Assembly: GCA_963705505.1 (NCBI GenBank)
Contig: CAVPJU010000010.1
Coordinates: forward strand, 448,001 to 512,000
DNA: 64,000 bases
Direction: 5' to 3'
Origin: an uncultured bacterium
GTDB lineage: Bacteria; Desulfobacterota_D; UBA1144; Nemesobacterales; UBA2774
In this document: positions 9,795-20,037 of the stretch, in pieces
Layout: every line of letters starts with the position of its first letter
Numbering within the stretch: position 1 is the stretch's first letter
Position numbers and translations under genes: made by a program
The notes under the pieces: generated by a model
Database searches by the model: none
What the model was told of the DNA's origin: nothing
The model's input: only the letters and a program-made list of their open reading frames with translations

Positions 9795-10121
9795 CTACTC
9801 GGACTCGCTCGCACAGCTTACACAACGGTCTGTGTACGGGAGCGCTTCGAGACGTCCGACTGGGATCGGATCGTCACAAACCGCACATATGCCGTACACG
9901 TTCTTATCCACACGGGCAAGCGCGGAGTTTATCTGGTTCAATTCCGTACGGATGCTCTCGTCGAGAGCCTCTACGACCTCATCGCCCTCACGCTCGATCG
10001 ACTGCTCTTGCCAGTCCTTGGCATAGGTCTTTCTAAGAGACGTTTCGACCCTGTTGAGCCTGTCCTCGAGCTCCCCCTTCTTTTTCCTCAGTCTTTCGAT
10101 TATTGCGTCATACTCACTCAT
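9795..10121 (-). CDS. TraR/DksA C4-type zinc finger protein
   Basis: Coiled coil followed by ALARV...YGICAVC..PI..GRLEALPY...CVSC. Confidence 0.9.
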   Translation of the reverse strand: MSEYDAIIERLRKKKGELEDRLNRVETSLRKTYAKDWQEQSIEREGDEVVEALDESIRTELNQINSALARVDKNVYGICAVCDDPIPVGRLEALPYTDRCVSCASESE

Positions 10122-10309
10122 GCATTGCTCCGGTTCTGAACCGAGATAAGTTATTCAACATATTAACACTATTTCAAGATTTAGAATAGCAAAAACAGGG
10201 GACAAAGTAAAATTATTTTAATTCAAATTTAGTCAGCAAGTGAAAGCCGCGCCTGCCGCCGGCACGTCAGCTTATCCATTATGATTTTTTGTTTCGGAGA
10301 TTTATTCTA

Positions 10310-10594
10310 TCAGAAAACCTGGAGTATCGTCTTTTTGAAGAGGGGATTCAGATCGTCCATCGAAGTGTCCCTTATCATCCAGCAGTCTATCTGGTCGCTG
10401 TCGCGGGTGAGGACGAGGTTATAACCGTTGTCCTTGCCCCATTTCATCTGCTCGGAGAGGCACGTGTACTGCTGCTGCTCCTTTTCGTTCAGGTCGTCCA
10501 CAGGCTTGTTCAGTGTGGCCCTTTTTATATTGCCCAGGTAAAAACTCCGGGAGAACTTTGTGCCCGTGTGATTTAAATTGTCCGTATTTATCAT
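10310..10594 (-). CDS. Hypothetical protein
   Basis: 94-aa ORF with host-like codon use and GGGGTG SD; no recognisable motif. Confidence 0.6.
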   Translation of the reverse strand: MINTDNLNHTGTKFSRSFYLGNIKRATLNKPVDDLNEKEQQQYTCLSEQMKWGKDNGYNLVLTRDSDQIDCWMIRDTSMDDLNPLFKKTILQVF

Positions 10595-10805
10595 TATTTT
10601 CACCCCATTCCTGAAAAATTTATTAGATATATAATAAGTACTAATTCTCACATTTCAAGGGGGAATTTTGGATTTGGAGAAAATTAACAGAACCTTAAGA
10701 GTCCCTTATGATTCTCATGTACTAAGATATCTTAAAACTGTTTTATTTAACACGGCCCGCTTTTTTTTGCGGGATCCAACGCATTTGCCCCCTTCAACTG
10801 TTGGT

Positions 10806-11693
10806 CTATCCGCCCAGGTACGTTTCCAGCCGGGACGCGTATCTCGCCACTTCATTGACGAACCCTTTAAGAGTTATGGGATAAATCGTTTCAGGCTGCC
10901 CGAGTACTTCGTCACCCTTTAAATCGAGGTCCGGGTCGAGGGGCGAGTAAATGAATCCCAGGTTGTTCCGCTCGACAAACGCACCTGTAACTGCAAGGCT
11001 GCGCTCGTTAGGAGAAACCAAACTGAACGTATAGCATCCCGAGCCGGGTTTTTCGTACATCCATTGAGCGGTGTAATCGAATGTAATATCGAGCGCCATA
11101 GTATCCCCCGTATGCACCATGGCGTGATTATTGTATCGATAGCCCCTGGGCGACCCTATACAATCAAAAATGAGGCCCCCCGCCTGCGGTATGTCCTGTT
11201 CAAAGACCGCATTTTTAAAAGCCTCCCTGAACTTGTACTCCCCCTGCGTCATGTGATTCGGCAGCCCGTCGATTACCCGGTCATCTCTCTCAATTTCCCC
11301 GAGGACGCGCCCCGCGGCTTCGGCGTTCCCGATCCAATACATGTCAAGCCCGTAGTGTATCTGCCCGTCCGCTATTTTATACAGCTTCGGTATGCCCACA
11401 TGCGAAGACACAATGAAATCGACGTCTCCTTTCTCATCCCCGGTGAACTCGGTAAGAGATTCCAGGATTTCTTCGAAATATATCCTCTTCCTTAAATCCT
11501 TCCGAATCTCACGTATCTTGTATATCGCCTTATTAGCCGAACCGGAATAGGAGATGGAAACCTCCTTATTGAGGACTATCGTTTTGAGCTGCCCGGGAAT
11601 GACATTGTGACCGGTTGTATCAGAATCGGAAATCATGGAATCCGAAAGGATACAAACGCGATCTCCGAACTGCATAGCCATTACTAACGACAT
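10806..11693 (-). CDS. Hypothetical protein with proteasome-beta/Ntn-hydrolase-like N-terminal domain
   Basis: After Met removal: S1, D17, K36, S49-G50, WIGN and AGG, matching proteasome beta T1/D17/K33/G47/GSG/SGG spacing. Confidence 0.6.
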   Translation of the reverse strand: MSLVMAMQFGDRVCILSDSMISDSDTTGHNVIPGQLKTIVLNKEVSISYSGSANKAIYKIREIRKDLRKRIYFEEILESLTEFTGDEKGDVDFIVSSHVGIPKLYKIADGQIHYGLDMYWIGNAEAAGRVLGEIERDDRVIDGLPNHMTQGEYKFREAFKNAVFEQDIPQAGGLIFDCIGSPRGYRYNNHAMVHTGDTMALDITFDYTAQWMYEKPGSGCYTFSLVSPNERSLAVTGAFVERNNLGFIYSPLDPDLDLKGDEVLGQPETIYPITLKGFVNEVARYASRLETYLGG

Positions 11694-11763
11694 GGTTTTA
11701 TCCTGTTAATTAGTGCTGACGCTGATTTAAAACGATTGATTAAGTTCCGCTTTACTTCTCAGG

Positions 11764-12090
11764 TTAACAAGGGTTGCTGCGTTTGCAGGACTCGACACAA
11801 TTGCCGCCCTGATTAGGCCTGCAGCACTGCGCGCCGGTGTCGGTATTGAGACAGCAGCACTGCTGCGCAGAGCAGGTCTCGTTCCCGCAGTTCGCCATGG
11901 CGACAATGATTCCGGACGCGGGCGTCAAATCCTCAAACGAATATAGATCAGATGTGATGCCCGGATTCACAAAGCTCACGTCCTGAGGCTGCTGTGATTC
12001 GGCTGGCTGATTGCTTATATAGAATATTCCGCAGGCAAGGAGTATTAATAGTAAGATTGCGAGTGAAAATGATGTTGCGCTATTTCTCAT
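11764..12090 (-). CDS. Small exported protein with a 10-Cys C-terminal domain
   Basis: Hydrophobic N-terminus; C-terminus CGNETCSAQQCCCLNTDTGAQCCRPNQGGNCVESCKRSNPC; AGGGGA SD. Confidence 0.75.
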   Translation of the reverse strand: MRNSATSFSLAILLLILLACGIFYISNQPAESQQPQDVSFVNPGITSDLYSFEDLTPASGIIVAMANCGNETCSAQQCCCLNTDTGAQCCRPNQGGNCVESCKRSNPC

Positions 12091-12209
12091 TTTTTATTCC
12101 CCCTGATACTAAGTAAAAGGATTAATTAAAATGAGGGCGATTGCAAGAGAAAATTTTATTTCATGGATGGAGAGGTAGTTAGAGGAATAGATTTCAGGAG
12201 GACGGACAG

Positions 12210-12292
12210 GCAGATTTCTCACACGTTGGTTCGAAATGACGTCCTTCGACCCTTCGATAGTTCGACAGGCTCACTACTCAGGGCGAACGGGT
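12210..12292. repeat. Cluster of nested REP-like palindromes
   Basis: AGATTTCTC...GTTCGAAATGAC, then CCTTCGA..[GTTCGACAGGCTCAC]..CTCAGGGCGAACGG; related to copies at 22025 and 24545. Confidence 0.65.
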
Positions 12293-12303
12293 TGCAGGAA
12301 TCT

Positions 12304-13413
12304 CTAATTGTAAACTCTGACTTCGTTGTAGAGGGCGTCGCGTTCGACGGGGATGAAGCCCGCGTTCTTAATCATGTTGACCATGAAGTCTCGCGTGTGT
12401 CCGAGCTCGGACGGCGCGCCCGCGTCGTGGATTATCTTCTCACGCATGATCGTGCCGTCGGCGTCGCTGCACCCGTAGTGGAGCGCGACCTGAGCCATCT
12501 TCTCGCCGAGCGTGATCCAGTAGGACTTGATGTGGGGGAAGTTGTCGAGGTAGAGCCTCGCAAGGGCGTGAATCTTGAGGTCGTATGAAGCGGGAACGAA
12601 TTTCACCTGCTTCTTAAGCCCCGTGTTCTCGGGCTGGAAAAGCACCGGAATAAAAGCGAAGAACCCGGGAGATCTGTCTTCGATATTTCTCAACCTGTCG
12701 TAATGGTCCACAACGTGAAATGGCTCTTCGATGTGTCCGTAGAGTATCGTCGCGTTCGTCGGTATCCCCATCCTGTGCGCGAGGCTGTGAATCTCCTCCC
12801 ACCTCGTGGCTACAGTCTTGGGGGCGCATATCCTCTTGCGAACGTCGGGGTGCAGAATCTCGGCCCCTCCGCCCGTGAGCGCATCGACGCCGGCTTCCCT
12901 GAGTGTCTCCAGAACCTCTTCGAGACCCATGCCGCTTATCTCCGTAAACCAGTCTATCTCTACCGCGGTGAAGGCCTTGACGTGAGTCTTCGGGAAGTTG
13001 TCCTTGACGAGCTTTACGATGTCGAGGTAGTGCTGGAATTTCCAATCGGGGTGAAGGCCGCCCACTATATGGACCTCGCGTATTTCTTCGCTCAGGAGTG
13101 ACAGTATCTGCTCGTGCGAGAGCTCGTAGGCGTTGGCCGATTTCTTGGTAGTGCCGAAGGCGCAGAACTTGCACGATATCGCGCAAATGTTTGTAGGGTT
13201 CACGTGCCTGTTGACGACGAAATATACCTTGTCCCCCGCCCTCTTCCTCTTGACGTAATCGGCGAGCATGCCGACGGTGTTGAGGTCGGCGGTGTTCATT
13301 ACCGTGAGGCCGTCCTCGAAAGTGAGGCGCTCTCCGTTTGCGACCTTGCCGATTATCGGGAACAGCGCCTTGTCGAAACAGAGCTTCTCTACTTCATCCA
13401 GTATTCTTTCCAT
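12304..13413 (-). CDS. mqnE: Aminofutalosine synthase (radical SAM, CofH/MqnE family)
   Basis: NRHVNPTNICAISCKFCAF, EVHIVGGLHP, GGGAEI, LDNFPHIKSYW, DADGT..EKI.HDAGA. Confidence 0.9.
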   Translation of the reverse strand: MERILDEVEKLCFDKALFPIIGKVANGERLTFEDGLTVMNTADLNTVGMLADYVKRKRAGDKVYFVVNRHVNPTNICAISCKFCAFGTTKKSANAYELSHEQILSLLSEEIREVHIVGGLHPDWKFQHYLDIVKLVKDNFPKTHVKAFTAVEIDWFTEISGMGLEEVLETLREAGVDALTGGGAEILHPDVRKRICAPKTVATRWEEIHSLAHRMGIPTNATILYGHIEEPFHVVDHYDRLRNIEDRSPGFFAFIPVLFQPENTGLKKQVKFVPASYDLKIHALARLYLDNFPHIKSYWITLGEKMAQVALHYGCSDADGTIMREKIIHDAGAPSELGHTRDFMVNMIKNAGFIPVERDALYNEVRVYN

Positions 13414-15164
13414 CTTTCGGTTACCGTCTCCTTCACGTCATCGGACATCTCGATTACTACAGGATACCAGCTTTTTATGGTGGCATCTATTCCCATCCTG
13501 CCGCCGTAGAGGACAGCAGAGCCTCTCAACTCGGTCCTCTCGAATATCACGTCGAGATAGGGGTCGAATCTGGTGAATATACCCCATATGAGCTCGGTGT
13601 TGTCGTGAACGTCGATATCGGGGCTGACTATGGCAATTATTCTCACGTCTTCATAGCCCGGCGTCTCGAACAATTTCTTTATCATTTCCTTGGGGTTCTT
13701 ATCGAGCTTGATTGCGAGGATACCACCCTTGAGGAGCCTCCAGTCGAGTATCCCCTTATGCTTCTCCCTCGGGTCGGGCACGCGCCCCGGAGCCTTCCGC
13801 TTATTTTTTCCGCCGTCCTTCTTTCGCACCGCGTTTATGCCCATTTTGCTCCCGACATTCAGCTTCCCGCTCGTGAAGTCAAGCGTGTCGAGGGGAGCCC
13901 AGGGGATCATTAAAAAGTCTTCACTCGGGTCGAAATTCTCCCCTATCTCCGTAAGGACCGCGTCCCAGTCGCGGGGATTGACGTCGCTCGATACCGTAAT
14001 CATGACTTTCGTAAGGAGGAGCTGTCCCGTCCCCCAGAGGGCGAGCATCGCCTTCACGCCGTTACGCGGGTAGCGCTCATCGACCGAGACGACGAGGAGA
14101 TTGTGGAACCCGGCCTCCGGATATGCCCACATGTCCTTTACCTCCGGGTGTATGATCCTCGCGAGCGGGGAGAACATGTCCGCAGCAGCCATTCCCAGGA
14201 ATATGTCCTCCTTCGGGGGCTTGCCCACGACTGTAGCGGGAAAGACCGGATTAATCCTGTGCGTGATCTCGCGGAGATGAAATACCGGGAACTCGGCTTC
14301 CATCGAATAGTGGCCGAAGTGGTCGCCGAACGGGCCTTCGACGCGGAGCTCGTTTTGCGGAACTATGCCTTCGATGACGAATTCGGCGTTGGCGGGGACG
14401 GAAAGCGATATGCTTTTCCCCTTCACCATCGGTATGGGCTTTCCCCTGAGATAGCTCGCGAACGCAAGCTCGTCCATGCCCTCGGGGAGAGGGGCTATAG
14501 CTGTGAATATCATCTTCGGGTCCCCCCCGAGGACGACCGCCGCCTCGAGGTCTTTGCCGAGCTTCGCGGCTTCATGGTAATGTGCGGCTCCGCCCTTGTG
14601 GGGGTGCCAGTGCATGCCCGTTGTTTTCTCGTCGTAAACCTGGAGCCTGTAAATCCCGAGATTCCTCCTGTTCGTCACGGGGTCCTGGGTTAGGACGAGG
14701 CCGAGTGTGATGAACCTCCCCCCGTCGAGGGGCCAGCACTTGATGATCGGCAGCTTCCCGAGATCGGGGCGCTCCCCGATCTCCTGGGATACGCCGGATT
14801 TAACGCTCTTTGTCCTCATGGACAAAAGCTCGTAGATTTTGGGGAGTACGGAGAAAAAGGATTTGAGTGAAGGGGGATTGACCTTGTGGAATAGCTCGAC
14901 GAGCTCTTCGCCGACGTCCCTCGGCTTTCTCCCGAGGGCAAGCTCGACCCTCCCTTCCGTCCCGAAGAGGTTTATCGCTAGGGGGTATGCCGCGCCCTTT
15001 ACGTTCTCGAAAATGAGAGCGGGCCCCCGCTCCTTGATTACGCGAGAGGAAATCTCCGTGATTTCGAGGATGGGGTCGACCTCGGCCTTAACACGTACGA
15101 GGTCGCCTATCGCTTCGAGATAGCCTATATATTGCTTCAGATCGTAGAACTGTTTTTTGCTCAT
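13389..15164 (-). CDS. ubiD: UbiD-family menaquinone biosynthesis decarboxylase (MqnL-like)
   Basis: CWPLDGGRFITL, NLGIYR, MHWH.HKGG, EGPFGDHFGHY, TVVGKPPKED. Confidence 0.93.
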   Translation of the reverse strand: MSKKQFYDLKQYIGYLEAIGDLVRVKAEVDPILEITEISSRVIKERGPALIFENVKGAAYPLAINLFGTEGRVELALGRKPRDVGEELVELFHKVNPPSLKSFFSVLPKIYELLSMRTKSVKSGVSQEIGERPDLGKLPIIKCWPLDGGRFITLGLVLTQDPVTNRRNLGIYRLQVYDEKTTGMHWHPHKGGAAHYHEAAKLGKDLEAAVVLGGDPKMIFTAIAPLPEGMDELAFASYLRGKPIPMVKGKSISLSVPANAEFVIEGIVPQNELRVEGPFGDHFGHYSMEAEFPVFHLREITHRINPVFPATVVGKPPKEDIFLGMAAADMFSPLARIIHPEVKDMWAYPEAGFHNLLVVSVDERYPRNGVKAMLALWGTGQLLLTKVMITVSSDVNPRDWDAVLTEIGENFDPSEDFLMIPWAPLDTLDFTSGKLNVGSKMGINAVRKKDGGKNKRKAPGRVPDPREKHKGILDWRLLKGGILAIKLDKNPKEMIKKLFETPGYEDVRIIAIVSPDIDVHDNTELIWGIFTRFDPYLDVIFERTELRGSAVLYGGRMGIDATIKSWYPVVIEMSDDVKETVTERWKEYWMK

Positions 15165-15287
15165 TATGTGAACCCGTTTGAAAAAAGATAATTTATCGGA
15201 AGATTATTCGCGGTCAAACTTAATGTTGTTTATGAAGATTCATTTCCGGATTAATTTTTGCGAAAATAGACGGAGCGGAACGGGAAT

Positions 15288-15840
15288 CTAGTCCAGCTCC
15301 TCGTGCTTCCAGCCGTTCCCAGTGCCTACTCCCATAATATTGAGCACTTTGTCGACATAACCCTCTATGAGGTCCTTTAACGGAGTCGGCTTTGATGTAA
15401 TGGGGAGGGCTTATGGGCATTATAATGGCCCCTTCCCTCGAGAGCTTGAGCGCGTTCTCGAGAGCAATCGAGCTCAACGGGGTCTCCCTCAGAGCGATCA
15501 CGATCCTCCTTCTCTCCTTGAGCGCCACCTGGGCTATCCTCGTAATAAGGGTATCGGCTATGCCGTTCGCTATCTTTGCCAGTGTGGATATCGAGCAGGG
15601 AATAATGACCAGGGAATCGAAGTGGTTGCTTCCCGATGAAAACGGGGCCGCAAGGTCTGAATCGCTGTAAATATCCCTGACCCAGGGCCTTAATTCCTCC
15701 ACCTTGAGCCCGAGCTCTTCATGGAGCACCCTCTTCCCCCATTTGCTCGCTATAAGGTATTTTTCCTCAGGGCACCTCCTGAGGAAGTCAACGCCGTAAG
15801 CTACCCCGGACGCTCCTGTAAATCCGACTATCGTTCGCAT
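15288..15840 (-). CDS. ubiX: Flavin prenyltransferase, one frameshift near 15375
   Basis: TGASG, SSGS, PCS.STLAKIA.G, LKERR, RETPL. Removing one base gives the normal end ..DLIEGYVDKVLNIMG..HEELD* at 15288. Confidence 0.9.
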
Positions 15841-15842
15841 TT

Positions 15843-16685
15843 CTAGGGTAAGTATATCCCAGAGAGGACAAAAAGGAAGACGGCTAAACCCACGAGGATA
15901 TTGATCTTGAAGAACGCGAGGTCGACGTTTTCCGACTTTTTATGCTCCAGGTAGAGGAGAAAACCGATGACCCCGAGAAATACTCCGGCCACTATCGTCT
16001 TGAACATAAAGAAATATATGAACGCGATGCAGAAGAAGGCCGCATAGTGGAGTATGCCGGCAATATAGAGTCCCGTATCTCTCCCGTAAACGACGACAAT
16101 GGAGTATATGCCGGTACTCCTATCGGACTCCTCGTCGAGAGTCGCGTATATAATGTCGAATCCCGATACCCAGAAGAACGTGAATAACGAGAGCATGACC
16201 GCCGGGAGTATGCCCGACAGCGAGCACGTAACCGCAACCCACCCCCCGAGCGGGGCGAGGGCGAGGCCGAGTCCCACTCCGAAATGGCAGAGCGGGGTGA
16301 AGCGTTTCATCAGGGGATAAACGATAAACACGGCTATCGGGACCGGAGAGAGGTAAAGAACCAGATCGCATAGCAAATAAGCGGAGACGAAGTATAGTAC
16401 CAATCCCGCGGCGGTGATTCCGAGCGCGTTTATAAGGCTAATCCTGCCTGAAGGGAGCTCCCTCCCTTTCGTCCTCGGATTGAGACTGTCTATTCTCCTG
16501 TCGATTATCCTGTTAAGCGCAAGCGCGGCAGTCCTCGCGCCCGTTCCCGCGAGTATTATCAAAAGCAGGAGTTTAGTCTCGGGGAGTCCTCCCCACGCGA
16601 GAAAAGCACCCGCAAAAATCAGCGGGAGCGAAAAGAGAGTGTGCTCGAACTTAATAAAACTTGCGAAGTTCCTTATCTTTTCCAT
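15843..16685 (-). CDS. ubiA: UbiA-family polyprenyltransferase (MqnP-like)
   Basis: IKFEHTLFSLP, NRIIDRRID..NPRT..RELPSG, KRFT, GFDIIYA..D. Confidence 0.92.
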   Translation of the reverse strand: MEKIRNFASFIKFEHTLFSLPLIFAGAFLAWGGLPETKLLLLIILAGTGARTAALALNRIIDRRIDSLNPRTKGRELPSGRISLINALGITAAGLVLYFVSAYLLCDLVLYLSPVPIAVFIVYPLMKRFTPLCHFGVGLGLALAPLGGWVAVTCSLSGILPAVMLSLFTFFWVSGFDIIYATLDEESDRSTGIYSIVVVYGRDTGLYIAGILHYAAFFCIAFIYFFMFKTIVAGVFLGVIGFLLYLEHKKSENVDLAFFKINILVGLAVFLFVLSGIYLP

Positions 16686-16785
16686 GAGAAAATCTAACGT
16701 TTCTCCGAATAAGGCTTTCAGTCTACTTTACTTTTACTCCCTCTTCTATACAATAACCCTCTATTCCAACGGGGCGGAGAAAATC

Positions 16786-18138
16786 ATGCCGAGACCCGAA
16801 CTCGCCGAACAAATATCTGCTGACCTGAATCAGGGAAAAATCCAAGAGATTAAAGACCTCCTGTCGGAGATCCACCCTTCGGAGATAGCGGACATTCTCC
16901 ATTCTCTAGACCCCGAAGAATACCAGAAAGTCCTCGAAGTGCTCGGCTCCGACACCGCTTCCGAAGTCATGCTGGAGCTCGAACCGGAGCAGAGGGAAGA
17001 AATCCTGGGCGAGCTCGACGCCGAAACAATCGCGGAAATCGTCGAAGAGATGGAATCCGACGACGCGGCCGACCTGATAGGAGAGCTGTCGGAGCAAACC
17101 GCAAGCGACGTGATGGCCAAAATGGACCCGGAGGATTTGAGGGACGTGGAACCGCTCCTCAAATACCCCGAGGACTCCGCAGGCGGCATAATGCAGACCG
17201 AGCTCGTGAAGGTCTCCGAAAAATTCACGGTTCGGGACACTATCAACTGGATAAGGCTCATCGCGGACGAGATACACGACTTTTACCTTATATATGTTAC
17301 CGACGAGAACGACAAGCTCCTCGGACAGATTTCCCTGAGCAAGCTCGTCCTCGCCACTCCGAGCTCGAGGGTTACGAATATCATGGAGCCGGTCGAACAT
17401 CAGGCGACACCCTACATGGACCAGGAGGAAGTCGCCAAAATTTTCCAGAAATACGGCATCCTGTCGCTACCCGTTATCGACGGGAAAGGCGTGCTCCTGG
17501 GCAGGATAACGGCTGACGACATCATGGACGTCGTAACCGAGGAAGCGTCCGAAGACATTCTTCAGATGGCAGGTCTGGGCGAAACCCTGCACCCGCTATT
17601 TACGCCGACCCGGAGCCAGATCAGACTCAGAATGCCCTGGCTTCTTCTGACTCTCTGCGGAGAGCTTTTTATAGCGTTTATAATAGTGTCCTCATTGAGA
17701 CCCGCGCTTGAAAAACTAGCCATACTCGCAGCTTTCATGCCCGCCATCATGGCGGTGGGCGGGAATGTGGGACTCCAGACAACCACCATCATCGTAAGAA
17801 GCCTTGGCATGGGGACTATCAGCGTGAAACAGATATTCAAAATAATTATTTCAGAGGTAAAGGTCGGGCTTTTTTTGGGTACGATTTGCGGACTAATAGC
17901 CGCCGTTATAGGAGGGCTGATAAGCCATACTCAGCCCGAGGCATTCAGGCTCGCGATCATCATCTTTATATCGATGGTTTCAGCCACTTTTGCGACCTCG
18001 ATCATCGGCGTAACGGAGCCTCTCATACTCTACAAGCTGAATTTCGATCCCGCGGGCGCGTCAGGGCCTTTCCTGACCATGTTTAACGACATTTTCGGCT
18101 CGACTTTTTACCTTCTAATCGCAATGCTCATTCTTTAG
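16786..18138 (+). CDS. mgtE: Magnesium transporter MgtE
   Basis: MESDDAADL, YPEDSAGGIM, CBS pair, RMPWL, GGNVG.Q, DPA.ASGPF.T..ND. Start at the ATG at 16786 after GGAG. Confidence 0.95.
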   Translation: MPRPELAEQISADLNQGKIQEIKDLLSEIHPSEIADILHSLDPEEYQKVLEVLGSDTASEVMLELEPEQREEILGELDAETIAEIVEEMESDDAADLIGELSEQTASDVMAKMDPEDLRDVEPLLKYPEDSAGGIMQTELVKVSEKFTVRDTINWIRLIADEIHDFYLIYVTDENDKLLGQISLSKLVLATPSSRVTNIMEPVEHQATPYMDQEEVAKIFQKYGILSLPVIDGKGVLLGRITADDIMDVVTEEASEDILQMAGLGETLHPLFTPTRSQIRLRMPWLLLTLCGELFIAFIIVSSLRPALEKLAILAAFMPAIMAVGGNVGLQTTTIIVRSLGMGTISVKQIFKIIISEVKVGLFLGTICGLIAAVIGGLISHTQPEAFRLAIIIFISMVSATFATSIIGVTEPLILYKLNFDPAGASGPFLTMFNDIFGSTFYLLIAMLIL

Positions 18139-18198
18139 GTAAATCCTCATACCGATTCACGCTCGTCCTGATCGATGAGACGGCAAACGATGTGCCGT

Positions 18199-19758
18199 CT
18201 ACTTGCTCAGATCCTTACATTTCTCGATCCCGCCCTGTGTGCAGAAAAACTGCGTGCATGAAATTACCATTTCGTAGTTATACGTATTCCCTTCCTTCCA
18301 GTCAGACATGCATTTATCGAGGACTCCCTTTTCCTTTGTCCCTTCGGAGTAGGCATTGGCCAGCTTATCGGTCTTATCCTTAGCGACCGCCCTGCTCTTC
18401 ATACATTTCTCCCGCTCGGGCTCAGTTTGATAATTTTCCTGACACCATGACTTTATATCGTCAACATGCACTTCCTCTTCCTTTAGCTCTTCCGGCACAC
18501 CGCCCGGAGGCGCGACCGCTACCTCCTGGTTCTCCGGTTCAGGCGCATTCCCGGCTGTGTTATCACCGGACGGCGTGACCTCCGCCGACTCATCCGTCTT
18601 TTGCCCGCCGGCCGCGGCTTCGGATGCGGGAGTTTCGGATTTCTCATTTCCTGCCGTCTGAGAATCCTGCGCTCCCGTATTGGCACTTGCCTGCTCCATT
18701 ATCTTTTGATTGAGCTTCTCGACCCTCTCCTTATCGGACATTTCTTCCGCAGGCTGAGGGGTCGGCTCTATCCCTTTTTCTTCCGTTTCGGCCACGGCTT
18801 TTTGCTCCGCAATTTCAGGGTTTTCCACGGCTTTCACTTCCTCGTTCTTCACGTCGGCGGGCTCGGATTTCAAAGCCTGACTTTCGGTCGCCGGCGGCTC
18901 GGTCGGCTGCAACGTTTCTTCCTTAACTTCTTCCTTAACGGTCGGAGACTCAGGGGCCTTCGGTTTAGACTCCGCATTTTCGGGCGCCTTTTCAACTTTA
19001 TTATCGGGAATTGCGACCGCGGATTTCTTCACGACCTGAGTTTCCTTCTCCGTTTTCACGTTTTTGGATATTTCCTTGATTACCTGCTCTTTCGTCTTTA
19101 CTTTGTGGGGCGGAGGTTCCGCATTAGCTCCCGTGACTTCGGCGCCGGTCTCCTCGGCAGCGCTTTCTCCATTCACCCCCGCTTCCGTTAAATCACCCTC
19201 TGTAATCTCTTCAGCCCTTTCCTGCCTGGCGGCAACAGCCACGGCAGACTTCAGGTTTTCGATCTCGTCATACGCCTTATTGAGGCTTACGACAGATTTG
19301 TTTAAATACACTCCGCCCTGACTCACGAGACTCTCCTTAACGCCGTAATCCTTATCCGTGCAAGCCTTATAGTAAAGCTCGAGCCCGGATAAATAGCCGC
19401 TCAGGGCCTGCATCGAATTCTCATGCACCGCTTCGAGCCGCGGCGGAGGGGTGAGCGAGCCGATCTCCTTCGCGAGTGAGTCGACTATTCCCCTGTAATC
19501 CGCAAATTTCGCCGCGCATTCTTCAGGAGGGGCCGACTGGAGCGGCAGCACAGAGGCGCTCACTTCGGAAGCCGTCTGCGAAAATTCGTAAAGTATAGGC
19601 GTGATATTTTTGAGATAAATCTGCTCCGCGGCGCTGTAAGCGCCCTGAGCAAGCGATTTGTCAGGGAACCCCGAGACTGTAAAAAACCAGATCAGAAAGA
19701 AAAGAGAGAATATAGAGATCCCGCTTTTCCATATTTTGCGAAAACGAAGCTTATACAT
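18199..19758 (-). CDS. Exported protein: two Cys-containing domains joined by a long acidic low-complexity linker; paralog of 26454..27257
   Basis: Signal/TM N-terminus; IYLKNITPILYE domain; E/A/P/K-rich linker; C-terminal C..W...NTY.Y.MV..C. Confidence 0.8.
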   Translation of the reverse strand: MYKLRFRKIWKSGISIFSLFFLIWFFTVSGFPDKSLAQGAYSAAEQIYLKNITPILYEFSQTASEVSASVLPLQSAPPEECAAKFADYRGIVDSLAKEIGSLTPPPRLEAVHENSMQALSGYLSGLELYYKACTDKDYGVKESLVSQGGVYLNKSVVSLNKAYDEIENLKSAVAVAARQERAEEITEGDLTEAGVNGESAAEETGAEVTGANAEPPPHKVKTKEQVIKEISKNVKTEKETQVVKKSAVAIPDNKVEKAPENAESKPKAPESPTVKEEVKEETLQPTEPPATESQALKSEPADVKNEEVKAVENPEIAEQKAVAETEEKGIEPTPQPAEEMSDKERVEKLNQKIMEQASANTGAQDSQTAGNEKSETPASEAAAGGQKTDESAEVTPSGDNTAGNAPEPENQEVAVAPPGGVPEELKEEEVHVDDIKSWCQENYQTEPEREKCMKSRAVAKDKTDKLANAYSEGTKEKGVLDKCMSDWKEGNTYNYEMVISCTQFFCTQGGIEKCKDLSK

Positions 19759-20037
19759 AACATACTCCCAAAAGATCGAATTCCGTTATCCCCGTGCTCT
19801 TCGATGGCTCCTCAAAGAGCAGCGGATAATATTATAAAAGAACTGTAAACATTACTCTAGTAACTTTTGCCAATCGATAGACGGGCAGAACAAATGAACC
19901 CTGCAGATAAATGGTTTCGGCGGATTCCGGGAGATTGCCGGTATTCGAGCACTGCGTGTGTTTTTTAATTAAAACCAGCCGGAATTTTCACTAATCCGAT
20001 AGCCAAGCACCCGGTTTTTGGTAATAATATCAGTTTA

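Noticed and set aside
12304..13413. Radical SAM enzyme as a maturase for the nearby Cys-rich peptide
   Set aside because: Its motifs and operon context identify it as MqnE, and it has no SPASM or RRE domain.
16414..16785. N-terminal extension of MgtE in the ORF track
   Set aside because: It overlaps the ubiA gene on the opposite strand; the SD and ATG at 16786 give a normal-length MgtE.
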